Virus record (IMG/VR): IMGVR_UViG_3300044910_000908
Span: 1 to 64,000 of that record
Length of the DNA: 64,000 nucleotides
Origin: a virus
Reading direction: 5' to 3' (one strand)
The notes under the pieces were generated by a model. The model worked only from the letters and a program-made list of their open reading frames with translations, had not been told where the DNA came from and searched no databases. Position numbers and translations under genes: made by a program. Numbering within the stretch: the first letter of the stretch is position 1; every line of letters begins with the position of its first letter. This document shows positions 10,189 to 20,620 of the stretch, one piece after another.

Positions 10189-10665
10189 TCACTTTATCTC
10201 TTTTTTGAGTTTAGTTAATTCTTCTTTAGTCCATCCAAGTTCTTCAGCATATTGTAATATAATTTCATTTGAAAGTAAATGATTATTTGATATTGCTTCT
10301 CGTTCAGAATAATCATAATATTCCATAATTACTTGTATTCTTAATCGATTATCTTTTTTTGCTTTTGGCATTGGTATCCATTTAAATCGACTTCGACTAC
10401 CATCTCCAACACAAGCTAATAATTTAACTAAAATTTCAGGATGTCTTTTACTAAATGACCATATAAAAGGATTAACCAATTCATTATTTAAAATGATTTG
10501 CATATCATTATTAGTGCCATACATCCATTGTGAAACAACATAAGCAGATACACTATTTCTCTGTTCTTCGTTTAATGTTTCCCATATATGCAAATCTCCT
10601 GAATTCAATTGAGTTAGAAATTTAAAAATATCTAATTTAAATTCTTTTGATTTAGTTGTTGCCAT
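10189..10665 (-). CDS. Probable clamp-loader small subunit (gp62-like)
   Basis: Directly follows gp44-like gene; size and RFKW...IMEYYDYSEREA pattern fit gp62. Confidence 0.65.
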   Translation of the reverse strand: MATTKSKEFKLDIFKFLTQLNSGDLHIWETLNEEQRNSVSAYVVSQWMYGTNNDMQIILNNELVNPFIWSFSKRHPEILVKLLACVGDGSRSRFKWIPMPKAKKDNRLRIQVIMEYYDYSEREAISNNHLLSNEIILQYAEELGWTKEELTKLKKEIK

Positions 10666-11595
10666 TTATATTCTCTCAAGATTAATAAATAACGCAGCTA
10701 AATTTATGTGGGGATGGGCAACTAATGAATGCTTATATAAGTGGTCCGCAATAACAACAATTGCTGATTGTTCTTTAGATAAATCTTTTTTGAATTGTGG
10801 AACTTTATTAATATTAGAATAAAGGAAATTAAAAACTTCATCATATTCATCTGGAGCAATTTGTTCGCAAACAATTTTACGAGCAGATGAGAAATCACCA
10901 GCTTCCAAATAATCTAATAATTTAAGTTTATAATCATCAGTTGAAACAGTTTCCCCATCTGGCCTAATCAATTTACCATTTTGAGAGTATTGCTGTAATA
11001 ATTGAACAACTTTACGAATATCAGGATATGCAGATTTAACAATTTTTTCAAATAAATCAACATCATCAATTTCTACATTCTCTTTTTCTAATATTTCAGC
11101 AGCATAAATTAGAACTTGGTCAAAATTTGGTGCTAAAAATTGATATTCCTGAAATCTTGATTTTAATGATGGGATAATTTTATTAAGATAATTAGTAGTT
11201 GTAATAAAACGGCATGTATCAGAATTATCCTCAATTGTCATTCTTAAACTTTCTTGAGCAGCAGGAGATAATCGATTGAACTCTTCTAATTGAACTATTT
11301 TAAAATTACCCAATGGCATTGTACTTGCAAATCGTTCAATACGTTCTCGCATTGCATCAATACCATTTTCAGAAGATGCATTTATCCGAATAACATCAGC
11401 ATCATGAACACCTAATTCAAAAACTAATGCTTTACTTAAAGTAGTTTTTCCTGTTCCTTGTAATCCTGCAAAAATTAAATTTGGAGGATTACCTTCTTTT
11501 ACAATTTTCTTAAAAAGTTTTTTTACATCATCTGATTTAAAAATAATGTCATCTATTTTTTTTGGCCGATATTTTTCTACCCATAATTGAGTCAT
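10666..11595 (-). CDS. Clamp-loader ATPase subunit (gp44/RFC-small)
   Basis: LWVEKYRPK, GLQGTGKTT, INAS, LEE (Walker B), LKSRF. Confidence 0.95.
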   Translation of the reverse strand: MTQLWVEKYRPKKIDDIIFKSDDVKKLFKKIVKEGNPPNLIFAGLQGTGKTTLSKALVFELGVHDADVIRINASSENGIDAMRERIERFASTMPLGNFKIVQLEEFNRLSPAAQESLRMTIEDNSDTCRFITTTNYLNKIIPSLKSRFQEYQFLAPNFDQVLIYAAEILEKENVEIDDVDLFEKIVKSAYPDIRKVVQLLQQYSQNGKLIRPDGETVSTDDYKLKLLDYLEAGDFSSARKIVCEQIAPDEYDEVFNFLYSNINKVPQFKKDLSKEQSAIVVIADHLYKHSLVAHPHINLAALFINLERI

Positions 11596-11657
11596 CTCTT
11601 AAGTTCTCCAATTTATAAAATTTAATTATAATACATTTCAACAAAATTGTAAATATT

Positions 11658-12647
11658 TTATCTGTAAAATTTATTCATACCACCAACTGTTTGTAATCCA
11701 ATATGCTCAACATCAGCTCTAGTTGAATTAACTTTAGATAATTCAGCTTCGTATATAGGTTCTTCTTGTTTAGGTTCTTCTACAACAATTTCTTCTTCTG
11801 ATTTAACAACAATTTCTTCTTTTGGTTCTTCTTCAATGTCATCAATATTATTATCTTCAATATCTTGTTCAAGTCTAGAAAAATAATGATTTGCTATAGT
11901 TTCTTCTTTAGTATCTTCTTCTTGTATTTGTAATACATTTTTATCCATTTCAATTTCCTGTTTTTTAGGTTTATTTCTAATTGATATCAGATAATTGCCT
12001 GCTAATATTAGTGCTATAGCTAATGGGTCAAATACGAATATTATTAAACCAACAATATATCCCATTGCTTTTTCTGATGATATAGATAATGCTTCTGCTA
12101 AATATGTTATAGGTCCTGCATGAGAATTCTTGTCAATTAAATCAGATTGAATTTTCGGCAATTCTTTATCTAATTCAATTAATCGATTATTAATATGATC
12201 TGTTTCTGTTTTAAAATTATTAATTAATTTTGTTCTACCTTTTACCATATCTGCTGGTAAATTCGCAATTTGATTATCAATTTCTTTCTTTCTTAATTCT
12301 AATTTTTGCTTTTCTTCACCAATAGCTTTTACTGAAATCTCAGCCTGTTTTGTTGGTAATATAGCCTTTTGAAATGATGATGATAAATATCCAGCAGCTC
12401 CAGCTGAAGTAATTATCATCAATACTCCAGCTGCAATTGTCATATATCCTTTTAATAATTTAGGCATCCTATTCCATTCTCTATATAAAAAAGAAACAGT
12501 TGCTATTTTAGCTAAATCAAAAGTTGTTGCTAAACTAATGATAATCCAATCAAAACTAAATAATTGAGTTAAACCAATTACTGATACTAAAGTTCCAATG
12601 CCCTCTAACAAGAAGGCAATGGTAAATATTATTATTATGAAAATCAT
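11658..12647 (-). CDS. Multi-pass membrane protein with coiled coil and acidic tail
   Basis: Three N-terminal TM helices, coiled coil, IIFVFDPLAIAL TM. Confidence 0.7.
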   Translation of the reverse strand: MIFIIIIFTIAFLLEGIGTLVSVIGLTQLFSFDWIIISLATTFDLAKIATVSFLYREWNRMPKLLKGYMTIAAGVLMIITSAGAAGYLSSSFQKAILPTKQAEISVKAIGEEKQKLELRKKEIDNQIANLPADMVKGRTKLINNFKTETDHINNRLIELDKELPKIQSDLIDKNSHAGPITYLAEALSISSEKAMGYIVGLIIFVFDPLAIALILAGNYLISIRNKPKKQEIEMDKNVLQIQEEDTKEETIANHYFSRLEQDIEDNNIDDIEEEPKEEIVVKSEEEIVVEEPKQEEPIYEAELSKVNSTRADVEHIGLQTVGGMNKFYR

Positions 12648-12694
12648 GTCTAAATATCCTATTCATTTGCAAATAAGATATTTATGGTAAGCTA

Positions 12695-13354
12695 TTAATA
12701 CGGATTATAATATTCGTCAGATACAAAAATAATTTTGCTTTCGTCTGTTTTCCACAAATATTCGCCATAAGGTCCATTACATCGAATTTTGTGAGTCCAT
12801 TGCTGATTTTCTACTAATGCATATTTTGCATTACGAATCTCATCGCAAACTTCAGGACCTACTGCTAATATCTCAACCCATTGATCTTTTACATTTTCAT
12901 CATAATCATCTTTGTCAGAAATAATAATGCCACCTTTTGAAATTGGTTGGAATGTGCTTTTTGTTAAATTTGCACAAAATTTAAAAATAACAGCATCAAG
13001 AATTGGATATAATTTTTCACCGTCATCTGTTACAATGAATTGTCGATTAGGAATACTATCTTCAGAAAAAATTCCAAGAATATCTTCTTCTTTCATTAAC
13101 AGAACTTTTCCTTTATTCTCTAATTCAACTTCTTGTCCTGCATATCTACCAAATAATACTTTTTCACCAACATTAATGGAAATTGGTTTTAAACTATTAT
13201 TCTTATCATTAGCTTTACCCTTTCCTATTGCTAATATAACACCAATAGAAGGAGCTTCTTTTGTAATATCTGATGGGATAAAAATACCACCTTCAGATAC
13301 AACTTCTTTTTCATTTCGTTTAACAACAACTTTATCATATAAAGGCTTAATCAT
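12695..13354 (-). CDS. groES: GroES co-chaperonin with a second degenerate GroES domain
   Basis: Start reassigned to ATG 13354 (GGAG SD): MIKPLYDKVVVKR..SEGGIFIP..GVILAIGKG..VGEKVLFGRYAG..EEDILG; second unit LYPILDAVIF..SKGGIII..VEILAVGP. Confidence 0.85.
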   Translation of the reverse strand: MIKPLYDKVVVKRNEKEVVSEGGIFIPSDITKEAPSIGVILAIGKGKANDKNNSLKPISINVGEKVLFGRYAGQEVELENKGKVLLMKEEDILGIFSEDSIPNRQFIVTDDGEKLYPILDAVIFKFCANLTKSTFQPISKGGIIISDKDDYDENVKDQWVEILAVGPEVCDEIRNAKYALVENQQWTHKIRCNGPYGEYLWKTDESKIIFVSDEYYNPY

Positions 13355-14138
13355 TTTCTTCTTCTCCAACAATATTAAAATAAACAGGAACATTATTATA
13401 AAACAAAACATCAACTTTATTAACAATTTTTGTTAATTGATCTATATCTTTTCTGACAATTATTCTGCGACTAATAGGACCTTTAGGATGATGTTCTTCA
13501 GGAATATTTTTTAATTCTTCTTCAGTTAAATATTTTATAACATCTTGTTTAACAAAAATAGAACCTCTTTTTAAATAGTCAGGTAATTTATTCCAATAAT
13601 ATCCAATCGTTTCTAACTTTGCAATTCTTTGTTTAGTATTTAATCCATCTAATTCTGATTGCTTAAAATGAGCATGAGCAACCATATTTACGCTATTTTT
13701 TGCAGCATCCATTTCTCTCCACATTATATTTTCAGTAATAATTTCTAAATTGGGAACTTGCCAAATTCTACAATCAAAAGTTCCCAATTTATCATAATTA
13801 GAACTAAAATAAGCTGAAGCATATCCCGCTAATGAAGAACACAATTTTTGTACTCTTCCATCAAACATATCTAAACTTTCCCAAGCTAAAGTAATTTCAT
13901 CAGATTGAACATAAACAATATCAGCATTAAATTCGTGCAATAAAGATTTTGCAGTATCTTCCATCAATTTAATAAATTCAATATCAAATGGCTTTTCTAA
14001 ATCTCTTGTTAATGTATGAAATGCTCTACCATCTAATCTTGCAATAACAGGTATCCAAGGAATTAAATTACTTTCTGATAAACCTTCAAATTTTTTATGT
14101 TTATCACCCAAATCTTTAAAATCTAAACTATTTTTCAT
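13347..14138 (-). CDS. tRNA(His) guanylyltransferase / Thg1-like 3'-5' polymerase
   Basis: RLDGRAFH, YVQSDEI, FDGRVQK, FDCR, WRE.DA.KNS. Confidence 0.92.
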   Translation of the reverse strand: MKNSLDFKDLGDKHKKFEGLSESNLIPWIPVIARLDGRAFHTLTRDLEKPFDIEFIKLMEDTAKSLLHEFNADIVYVQSDEITLAWESLDMFDGRVQKLCSSLAGYASAYFSSNYDKLGTFDCRIWQVPNLEIITENIMWREMDAAKNSVNMVAHAHFKQSELDGLNTKQRIAKLETIGYYWNKLPDYLKRGSIFVKQDVIKYLTEEELKNIPEEHHPKGPISRRIIVRKDIDQLTKIVNKVDVLFYNNVPVYFNIVGEEEND

Positions 14139-14200
14139 AATAAATTATCCAATACTGAAACATATGATTATTATATCATAAATTCCAGTATTGTAAATAA

Positions 14201-14533
14201 CTATTTTTTAATTGTTTGTTTAGCAACACTCTTAGCAAATGATAACAAATCATCACCTGATGGAGCAGACTCAACAGCACTTTTAGTAATAACAGCACCA
14301 TCATCATCAGTAAATACATCAGCTTTCACTGGAGCAACAGCAGTATTAATAACCTTTAAAGCATTTTGAATAGGCTGCTTAACCTCTTTAGGTTTTAAAC
14401 CTTCTTTTGTATCAATAAACTTTCTACGACTATCAACTCCAATTGCAACTGGTTTAGAAGCTAATTGCTGCTTAATAGCCAATATATCAAAATCAACTCG
14501 CTCTCCACGAGCACTAGTTCCCATTTTCCCCAT
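14201..14533 (-). CDS. Hypothetical protein
   Basis: GGGAG SD; SARGERVDFD N-terminus. Confidence 0.65.
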   Translation of the reverse strand: MGKMGTSARGERVDFDILAIKQQLASKPVAIGVDSRRKFIDTKEGLKPKEVKQPIQNALKVINTAVAPVKADVFTDDDGAVITKSAVESAPSGDDLLSFAKSVAKQTIKK

Positions 14534-14582
14534 TAAATTTCTCCCTTATTCAAATAATTTATGGCTTTTTGATATTATATAA

Positions 14583-14609
14583 AAGGACCTATTTAAATAA
14601 TAGGTCCTT
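14583..14609. terminator. Intrinsic terminator-like hairpin
   Basis: aaggacctatt/aataggtcctt inverted repeat. Confidence 0.65.
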
Positions 14610-14619
14610 CTTCTAATAA

Positions 14620-15069
14620 TTAAATAAATTGCTTAGTAGCCATATCTAAAGAAGCTTCAGCTGGATTTGTAAATTCAGAACCAATAATTCTATCAGAAAT
14701 ATTTACATTCAAATTAGCCAAACTATCTTGAGACATTTTAGCACCTTTAGGTCTTTTTTGTTTAACAAAATTACTGTGGAAATATTCCAAAGCATTCAAA
14801 CCATTTGATAATCTATTTTGGGACATTAATTCCCATAAATCATACTTAGTTGCATGAGGAGATGTTAAGATTTTTTTCAATCTTGCTTTGTCAATCTGAT
14901 GAAGCGTATCAACAAGCACATAATTGATAGTGCCATCAGGAAATTGTGCAATAACAGCGCATTCACGTAAGATACCAGTATCATCAATATCAATTAAAAA
15001 GATATGTGGTAATGAAGTTGGTTTCATTTGAATTTTGTTATTTTTTTCTGTTCTTGGTGTTTCTGCCAT
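14620..15069 (-). CDS. Hypothetical protein
   Basis: GGAG SD; late-promoter-like GATAAATA at 15159-15166. Confidence 0.7.
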   Translation of the reverse strand: MAETPRTEKNNKIQMKPTSLPHIFLIDIDDTGILRECAVIAQFPDGTINYVLVDTLHQIDKARLKKILTSPHATKYDLWELMSQNRLSNGLNALEYFHSNFVKQKRPKGAKMSQDSLANLNVNISDRIIGSEFTNPAEASLDMATKQFI

Positions 15070-15191
15070 GTTATATCTCCATTAATTTGGGCGAACCAAT
15101 TGTGGTTTTATTTTAACCCATTGATAAAAGTAGTTGAATTTTCATTTAAATTCAATTATATTTATCATAAGAAAAATCACACTTTTTCTCT

Positions 15192-16136
15192 TCAAAATTG
15201 AATAATGGATTTTTTATCTGGTTTATATAATTGAGTGCAAGAAAACATATCAATAAATGAATTAGGACTTTTAGCAATTGAATTGAGTTGATGTAGTCCT
15301 AAAAATCTATTGAATTGAAATAAATTAAATTTTCCGTGATTTTCAATACCATTAACAATAGTATCTTTAATTGCTTGTTTAATATCTTCTGGCTGACAAT
15401 CAAGGTCCATTAATAATTTATTTTCTTCAAATAATTCTTTAACTTTAAATGTTTCTTGAATATCTAATGTAGGATTATATTTAGTCCATTCTTCGTTCAT
15501 AAGTAATGTCATTTCATATGGATCAGAAAAAGCTTTTTCTAAACGTTTAGAACGAACATTTGGATATGCAGAGTTTACATTATCTCCCTTATCACCTCTA
15601 ATACATTTTTCAAAAATAAAGTATTCAGGATTTTCATGTGTTCTAGGAATACCTTTATCTGGATTAAGAAGAGTTACATTTTCATGTCTTAATAATTGAA
15701 TAAAATCTTTATCTCCTGATAAAACAGTAATATTATCGCCAGAAAAATGTTGAACATAACCTGCTATTAAATCATCACCTTCTACTAAATCATTTTGTAA
15801 ACAAATAATTGATGTATGTTCTCTTACTAATTGTTCAAATTGTTGCAAAACTTCAAATAAATGGTCCATTGAAGGATCCTTAATGCGATTTCCTTTATAT
15901 GGAATTTTAGAAACACATTTATTTGATTGCGTATAAGATTTTCGCCAGTTTCTTCCACCTTCAAATACAACAGCAATACTATCAGGTTTCAATTGTTTGT
16001 AGTATTTGTTTAAAGTTATTAGACATGAATGGAGTGCTAAACCAGCTTTTTCTTCAGTTGACCCAGTATAGGCACCTGAATGAGCTGAAGCTACTCGCCA
16101 GAATAAGTTTGGTACATCAACAATTAATTTATGCAT
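15192..16136 (-). CDS. rnh: RNase H / 5'-3' flap exonuclease (T4 rnh-like)
   Basis: LIVD, NWRK..Y, YKGNR, EGDDLIA, LSGDKDFIQL, GDKGDNV. Confidence 0.92.
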   Translation of the reverse strand: MHKLIVDVPNLFWRVASAHSGAYTGSTEEKAGLALHSCLITLNKYYKQLKPDSIAVVFEGGRNWRKSYTQSNKCVSKIPYKGNRIKDPSMDHLFEVLQQFEQLVREHTSIICLQNDLVEGDDLIAGYVQHFSGDNITVLSGDKDFIQLLRHENVTLLNPDKGIPRTHENPEYFIFEKCIRGDKGDNVNSAYPNVRSKRLEKAFSDPYEMTLLMNEEWTKYNPTLDIQETFKVKELFEENKLLMDLDCQPEDIKQAIKDTIVNGIENHGKFNLFQFNRFLGLHQLNSIAKSPNSFIDMFSCTQLYKPDKKSIIQF

Positions 16137-16377
16137 TCTTTTTTATTAATCCTGTTTCGTAAATAGTTTTAATTTCCCAAGCATAACCATACATAGAAGA
16201 CCAATGTTTTATTTGGCACTTCATGTATTTGGTTTTTGTCCTAAATTCTAAATCATGAAATCCTGGTGGTAAATCAAGAAATGGAATACTTTCTCTTCCT
16301 TTTCTCGTTTTAATTGTAGGAAAATAAGGATCTAGAATTTTCTTTTTGGGAAGTGATTTTACTTCAATAATCATCAT
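16129..16377 (-). CDS. Hypothetical protein
   Basis: Overlapping operon ORF. Confidence 0.5.
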   Translation of the reverse strand: MMIIEVKSLPKKKILDPYFPTIKTRKGRESIPFLDLPPGFHDLEFRTKTKYMKCQIKHWSSMYGYAWEIKTIYETGLIKKNA

Positions 16378-16726
16378 CGTCTATAATCTCAATTTTAACA
16401 TCATGTAAAGTTTCAAAATAACCAATCCAAAAAGGAGATAATAATTCGTGTTCTTTACCAGTATCATCAATTAGTAATTTAATACCATCTATATCTGATT
16501 TAAAGTTTCCAAAATCATAAAAATGAATATAAAAATCTGGAAATTGTAAATCTTTCAATTTACAATAAGAATGTCTTTCCTGATAAATTTTATAATGTTC
16601 TTTAATTCTTCGTTTATTTTCTTTAGCTATTTCATATGAAGACATTGGTATATCTAATAAATCATTAGCATCATGAGAACCAAAAGAATTGCCAGTTTTA
16701 TAATAAATTCTTATATCAAAATACAT
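16364..16726 (-). CDS. Hypothetical protein
   Basis: YKTGNSFG...FWIGYFETL. Confidence 0.6.
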   Translation of the reverse strand: MYFDIRIYYKTGNSFGSHDANDLLDIPMSSYEIAKENKRRIKEHYKIYQERHSYCKLKDLQFPDFYIHFYDFGNFKSDIDGIKLLIDDTGKEHELLSPFWIGYFETLHDVKIEIIDDDDY

Positions 16727-16729
16727 AGT

Positions 16730-17041
16730 TTATTTTCTTAATTGATTTAAATCGCTTTGTAAATTTGGGTGATAATCAGAAACAACTTCATCTTCTTCTA
16801 TTAATCCTTTTGGCATCATTAAAGTTCCAAAAAGAAATAATTCTACAGCTTCTTCAGGACTATCAGCGTCAAACCCTGCAGCTTTTATATTTTTTAAGAA
16901 AGCTTTATTCCAAGCCATTTTAAATTCAACTTGACCATCTTTATCAATACCTTTAGAAATAAATCTTACCCAAGGTTTTTTAGATCGACGCATTGATAAT
17001 TCTGACAAATATTCAAATAATTTTCCCATTTTACATATCAC
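16730..17041 (-). CDS. Hypothetical protein
   Basis: KPWV...WNKAF; in operon. Confidence 0.6.
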   Translation of the reverse strand: MICKMGKLFEYLSELSMRRSKKPWVRFISKGIDKDGQVEFKMAWNKAFLKNIKAAGFDADSPEEAVELFLFGTLMMPKGLIEEDEVVSDYHPNLQSDLNQLRK

Positions 17042-17375
17042 CCAATGTTTTTAAATTTTGAACATACATTTTTGCAAATGGTTGTAAATGTTCTTTAATC
17101 ATTGCTGCAAAAGGAAAAATCAATTCATCTGATAATTCACTACATAATGCTTCAATATTATTCATTCCATTTGCTAAATAATAACGAGCCATATCTTTAT
17201 CTATTATAGTTGTTCTAACTTTTCCAGCATATTTCATGTGTATAGATAAAATACGATCCTGTTCATTAAATTCTGTTTCAAATTCAGGTTTATATTTTTG
17301 CAAATCTGATTTTAATTGTTCATTAATTTCAAGTAAATTTTGAATATTAATATTAGCTCTTAAATCTTGTTCCAT
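17031..17375 (-). CDS. Hypothetical protein
   Basis: AGGAG SD; CATAAATA at 17431-17438. Confidence 0.6.
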   Translation of the reverse strand: MEQDLRANINIQNLLEINEQLKSDLQKYKPEFETEFNEQDRILSIHMKYAGKVRTTIIDKDMARYYLANGMNNIEALCSELSDELIFPFAAMIKEHLQPFAKMYVQNLKTLGDM

Positions 17376-17401
17376 TTGGTAATCTCCTAATTAGTATAAA
17401 A

Positions 17402-17429
17402 GTTCAGGGATAGTTTATTATCCCTGAAC
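17402..17429. terminator. Intrinsic terminator-like hairpin
   Basis: gttcagggata/tatccctgaac inverted repeat downstream of clamp gene. Confidence 0.65.
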
Positions 17430-17447
17430 ATATTTATGTTTGTAAAA

Positions 17448-18164
17448 TTAGGCTGAAGTTTGAGAGAACATTCTGACTTCATGGCCTGATACAGAGATTA
17501 AAGCAGATGCATCACAGAATGTAATAATGACTTCTGAACCTGCTTCATTTAAAGCTGTTTTTAGCAATGGAGCAAATGTATCTAATGGAAGATAAGATGA
17601 AGATGAAGATGCATCTGAACTTAATTCTTCATAAGGAGTTGTTAATGAAGTGCTGAATACATCTTGATTGTTATCAGTAAATTCAACTACAACTTCATTC
17701 TTTTTCTTAAATAGGAAAGCAACATTTTCAGCACCCATTGCTTTACCACCATTTAATAACATTAAAGCTTGTTCTTTACCAATAGTTACAGAACGAACTG
17801 GAGCATCATCAACATTTTTAGGATATTTAATTCGAGTTGGTGAAGTAGCTCTATATTGAACTGATGCATTAGAACCTTTGATATTTAGCATTGTAGCTTC
17901 ATTTTTAGCATTAACATCAATATCAATAGATACATCAGAACCAAATAGTGCTAATCTAGATTTTAGCATTTTCAATCTTGTTAAACCTAATTTAGCATCT
18001 GTATCTAATTCTGGTAAATTTTTATCACTTAAAATTAGACAAGTATTATTTGTATTAATACCACTGACTTTACCATCAGCAATAACAATAGCATCAATAC
18101 CCACTAATTCGCAAACATCTAAAATAGTTTTCAACGCAGTAATATCAGTTGCACTTAATTTCAT
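17448..18164 (-). CDS. Probable sliding clamp (gp45-like)
   Basis: 238 aa, begins MKLS..DI..LK like gp45, two beta-rich halves, directly downstream of DNA polymerase. Confidence 0.7.
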   Translation of the reverse strand: MKLSATDITALKTILDVCELVGIDAIVIADGKVSGINTNNTCLILSDKNLPELDTDAKLGLTRLKMLKSRLALFGSDVSIDIDVNAKNEATMLNIKGSNASVQYRATSPTRIKYPKNVDDAPVRSVTIGKEQALMLLNGGKAMGAENVAFLFKKKNEVVVEFTDNNQDVFSTSLTTPYEELSSDASSSSSYLPLDTFAPLLKTALNEAGSEVIITFCDASALISVSGHEVRMFSQTSA

Positions 18165-18212
18165 AATTTATATCTCCTTCGACTATTAAAAATAATATTA
18201 TATCACACTTTT

Positions 18213-19418
18213 TTAAAATTGAACAATAGAATTTACTCTAACTGTTTGAGGTGTAGGAACCTCTAATCCCATTGCTTCAAATACACCTAATAATTTTGCA
18301 TTAATCAATTTCTCCTCAGATACTTTCATATCTATTTCAAAATTCTCTAAAAACCATTGAGGAAATTTTGTTAAATCCGCAGGAAATGCAAGTGTTCTAA
18401 AACCAAATTCATTTTCCTTTAATTCAAATACTTTAACTTTATCACCATTCATTATTTTTGGATGAATACTATCTTTATATTCATCAATTAAAACATTATA
18501 ATTTACTGATGCTCTAATATGTCCAGGAACTGTCATCTTTCCTTTTCCATTCTTAGATTTCATTGGTTTACCATCTAATTCTGCAAAATAAGCTGAAGTA
18601 TATAATTCCAAATTATTAGCTGATTTAGATATTCCTAACAAAATTACTTCTGATGGTGAAATTTCTCCACTTGTAAATAATTCTTTTCGTTGTTCATTAA
18701 TATAAGTAGATACGTCAGGATAAGACATACCATCTAATATCCTATCAACAACATTCTTTAAAAACTTCTGAATGACTTTAGGTGTATCAGACTTCTTAAT
18801 TTCAGAACCCATAGCTTTCATTTTATTAGTTCTAAAACCTTCTAAATCTACAACTTTTGCCATATATTTTTTACGAGCTTGAAATAATGCTCGTTCAGCA
18901 ACAATCTCTCTTCCACAAACAATTAATTTATCATATCCTGGTTGACAACAAAATGCATCAATCATGAATTGAGGAAAACTTTCATTTATACCATCAGCAA
19001 CAGCATCAGCAATTAATACAGCTTCTTCAATATCATTTGCACCAGTAGCAAAATAGGCCGAATCGGTGTCAGAATAGATAATTGTATGATTGTTAGCATT
19101 GTAAATATTTTGTACAACTTTTTTATCTAAATTAAAACTCTTAACTAAATTGGCTTCTTCTCCTGATATTAAATATGCAGCAGTATTTGCCATATGAGAA
19201 GTAATAGCTCTACCTGTAAAAGTAACAGAAGCCCCAATCATCTCATCAACGCCCCATCGAAAACCTTTTGCTAGTAAAGCTCCATAAGCTGAATTTAAAG
19301 AAATCTTTTTTGTAAGTTGTAATAAATCATAATGTTCTACTTGATGTTTAGCTTCTTTAATTTGTTCAGCAATTTCAGGTGTATAAAATTTTCCATCTAT
19401 TTCAATTAATTTTGACAT
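18213..19418 (-). CDS. Family B DNA polymerase, C-terminal half (fingers/palm/thumb)
   Basis: Motif B KKISLNSAYG, SVTFTGR, motif C YSDTDS, RKKY, MGSEIKKSDTP; no exonuclease domain or motif A. Confidence 0.93.
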   Translation of the reverse strand: MSKLIEIDGKFYTPEIAEQIKEAKHQVEHYDLLQLTKKISLNSAYGALLAKGFRWGVDEMIGASVTFTGRAITSHMANTAAYLISGEEANLVKSFNLDKKVVQNIYNANNHTIIYSDTDSAYFATGANDIEEAVLIADAVADGINESFPQFMIDAFCCQPGYDKLIVCGREIVAERALFQARKKYMAKVVDLEGFRTNKMKAMGSEIKKSDTPKVIQKFLKNVVDRILDGMSYPDVSTYINEQRKELFTSGEISPSEVILLGISKSANNLELYTSAYFAELDGKPMKSKNGKGKMTVPGHIRASVNYNVLIDEYKDSIHPKIMNGDKVKVFELKENEFGFRTLAFPADLTKFPQWFLENFEIDMKVSEEKLINAKLLGVFEAMGLEVPTPQTVRVNSIVQF

Positions 19419-19563
19419 AATTCTCCCATATTTTAATATTATTCTATTATATCATAATTTATTTGATTTGTAAATAATTACATGTCACAGAATTACTTCA
19501 TACAGTTCTAAACATATTCTCATCAATAATCTGGAATATGCATTTAAGTTCAAAGCGATTTTA

Positions 19564-20097
19564 TTAATCTCTAACAACAATAACGTCTGGAATAGTGTGA
19601 ACTAAATGATTAACAGCAACAAAATCAGTATCAACACCTGTTAAGTCATGGAGATATTTTAATGCTTTTAATAATTGTTCTTTACCATGTTCAGAGTTTA
19701 CAACAATTTCATAAATTTCTAATGGTTCAGCAACTTGATAATTATATTTTTTTGAATATCGTTTTAATCCACTAGGATATTTAATTCCTTCAAACAGTAA
19801 TGTTTCAGCCCAACGAGGATACTGTTCTTCATCTAAAATAACCTGCAAAACTTGAGAAATAACATTACTATGTGTAATTTCTTTATCAAAAAAAGTATAA
19901 TTACTTTTTGATATTTGTATTGCTAAATCATGCAAAGCAAGATTATTGCCTAATTGTTTATCATATGTTTTTTCTTTTGGAGAACAGTATGAAACGCCAA
20001 AAAATAAATTACCATTTATGATTTGAGAAGCAATAGTTATTACACCATTTTTTTCAGCTTGCCGATGTCCCAATCTTGAAATTTTTACGTTACCCAT
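19564..20097 (-). CDS. Hypothetical protein
   Basis: GAGG SD; CSPKEKTYDKQLG pattern. Confidence 0.6.
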   Translation of the reverse strand: MGNVKISRLGHRQAEKNGVITIASQIINGNLFFGVSYCSPKEKTYDKQLGNNLALHDLAIQISKSNYTFFDKEITHSNVISQVLQVILDEEQYPRWAETLLFEGIKYPSGLKRYSKKYNYQVAEPLEIYEIVVNSEHGKEQLLKALKYLHDLTGVDTDFVAVNHLVHTIPDVIVVRD

Positions 20098-20116
20098 TTT
20101 ATATTTCCTCTGTTTA

Positions 20117-20620
20117 TTAATTATCTAATATTGTATCACTGCTATGTTTACAACCTTCATAATAACCATTGCAATAATTTTCTCGTTGTATATCTTTTAT
20201 TAATTGTTTTAATTCTTTTACACAATCAGTTGAATTACTAATTTTAACATTATTATCATATAAAAATTGAATAATTTCTGCATGTGTAACAACTTTATAT
20301 TCTGGTTGCGTCAATATTAAAGAAAAATCACATCCTTGCCCACCCAATCCAGCGTATTCAATCGTTACTTCATTATCAAATATATTAAGAATATCACTGA
20401 AGAATTGATTTGCATTTTGTTCATCTAAACAACATTTTTGAACAGCAATTTCAAATGAAAATCCACTTTCCATTAAATGTAAAGTATGATAAATGCAACA
20501 AAATTTTAAAAATACTGTAGCATCATCCCAAAATTCTTTCCAAGCATCCCAATCTTCTTCTGTAATATTAGGGTCAAATGTTAATGAATATTTTAAAGGA
20601 GTATTAATTAATAATTTCAT
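20117..20620 (-). CDS. Hypothetical protein
   Basis: 167-aa ORF. Confidence 0.55.
   Translation of the reverse strand: MKLLINTPLKYSLTFDPNITEEDWDAWKEFWDDATVFLKFCCIYHTLHLMESGFSFEIAVQKCCLDEQNANQFFSDILNIFDNEVTIEYAGLGGQGCDFSLILTQPEYKVVTHAEIIQFLYDNNVKISNSTDCVKELKQLIKDIQRENYCNGYYEGCKHSSDTILDN

Noticed and set aside
13355-13426. N-terminal hydrophobic extension on GroES (membrane anchor)
   Set aside because: It overlaps the Thg1 gene; the ATG at 13354 has a good SD and gives a canonical GroES start
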